Assembly (NCBI GenBank): GCA_903915615.1
Contig: CAIWTR010000646.1
Span: forward strand, 1 to 43,354
Length of the DNA: 43,354 bases
Reading direction: 5' to 3'
From: an uncultured Armatimonadetes bacterium
Lineage (GTDB): Bacteria; Armatimonadota; Armatimonadia; Armatimonadales; Armatimonadaceae
The position numbers and the translations under genes are program-made. The notes under the pieces were generated by a model. It was not told the DNA's origin, ran no database searches, and was given only the letters and a program-made list of their open reading frames with translations. Below are positions 42,859 through 43,354 of this stretch, piece by piece. Each line of letters starts with the position of its first letter. Position 1 is the first letter of the stretch.

Positions 42859-43354
42859 CGATGTGATTGTTGTCGGTGCGGGTATCGTCGGACTGTCATC
42901 AGCATACTTTCTGGTTCGCGCTGGGCTAAGTGTTACGGTGATAGATGACGGACAGCCCGCGAGTGAACGGTGTAGTAGTGGTAACGCTGGAATGATTGTT
43001 CCAAGCCATTTTGTACCATTAGCCGCGCCGGGGATGGTTGAGTATGGACTTCGGATGCTTCCGGATAAACAAAGCCCGTTTGGAGTCAAAGTACGTGCTG
43101 ATCATCGCCTTGTAGACTGGGGCATCAAGTTTATGCGCAGCTGCACGACGGAGCACGTTGACCGTTGTGTACATCTTCTGCGTGACCTTAACCTGCGCTC
43201 CAGAGAACTCTATGTTTCCTTGGATGATGACATCGATGGCGGATTTGACCTAACGCTTCGTGGACTGACGATGTTGTGCAAGACGGAAGCTGCACTCCAC
43301 CATGAGTACGCATTTGCTGATCGTGCGGTAGCCTTGGGAGTTCCAGCCACCAAG
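42851..43354 (+). CDS. FAD-dependent oxidoreductase (D-amino-acid / D-hydroxyproline dehydrogenase-like), 5' fragment running off the window
   Basis: My own translation from the GTG at 42851 gives VNSDVIVVGAGIVGLSSAYFLVRAGLSVTVIDDG...SSGNAGMIVPSH..., with a Rossmann GxGxxG fold. It is open to the window end and overlaps the epimerase stop by 8 nt. It is absent from the ORF track because it has no stop codon. Confidence 0.8.
   Translation, partial: MNSDVIVVGAGIVGLSSAYFLVRAGLSVTVIDDGQPASERCSSGNAGMIVPSHFVPLAAPGMVEYGLRMLPDKQSPFGVKVRADHRLVDWGIKFMRSCTTEHVDRCVHLLRDLNLRSRELYVSLDDDIDGGFDLTLRGLTMLCKTEAALHHEYAFADRAVALGVPATK

Overview
This is a gene-dense 43.4 kb bacterial chromosomal window with no rRNA, CRISPR array, transposase or integrase. 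The main feature is an 11-gene minus-strand type II secretion (T2SS) operon at 2558-13850. Its order is gspE-F-G-H-I-J-K-L-M-(C/N-like)-D, the Xps-type order, and most junctions are 1-4 nt start/stop overlaps. Diverging from gspE is an OmpR-type response regulator, a TM-less PAS histidine kinase and signal peptidase I. Housekeeping genes present are smpB, rpsB-tsf-pyrH-frr, glutamine-dependent nadE, queG, an A-type Fe-S carrier and tRNA-Glu(UUC). Other content:
- an APC amino-acid permease
- a CUT2/BMP-type ABC importer with no binding-protein gene nearby
- crtB-crtI
- an M20 peptidase
- an orphan prepilin-type H-X9-DG (DUF1559-like) protein
- two small lipoproteins
- an ABC-2 exporter operon whose third gene is an uncharacterised 571-aa protein
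- a plus-strand operon with two S9/alpha-beta-hydrolase peptidases, a proline-racemase-family (probable 4-hydroxyproline epimerase) gene and a truncated FAD dehydrogenase

The pilin-like N-termini ([33 protein letters not shown]) and the H-X9-DG protein suggest an Armatimonadota- or PVC-like organism. That is inference only.

I see no convincing new defence or mobile system. The items most worth follow-up are:
- four Gly/Phe-rich low-complexity inserts in the secretin
- Ala at the -1 position of most prepilin cleavage motifs
- a 132-bp tandem repeat that triplicates an intrinsic terminator and carries a fragment of the crtI 3' end
- a perfect consensus sigma70 promoter with a roughly 180-nt leader in front of the ABC-2 operon
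- the unknown 571-aa third gene of that operon

All calls come from reading the sequence and ORF translations. No database search was run.
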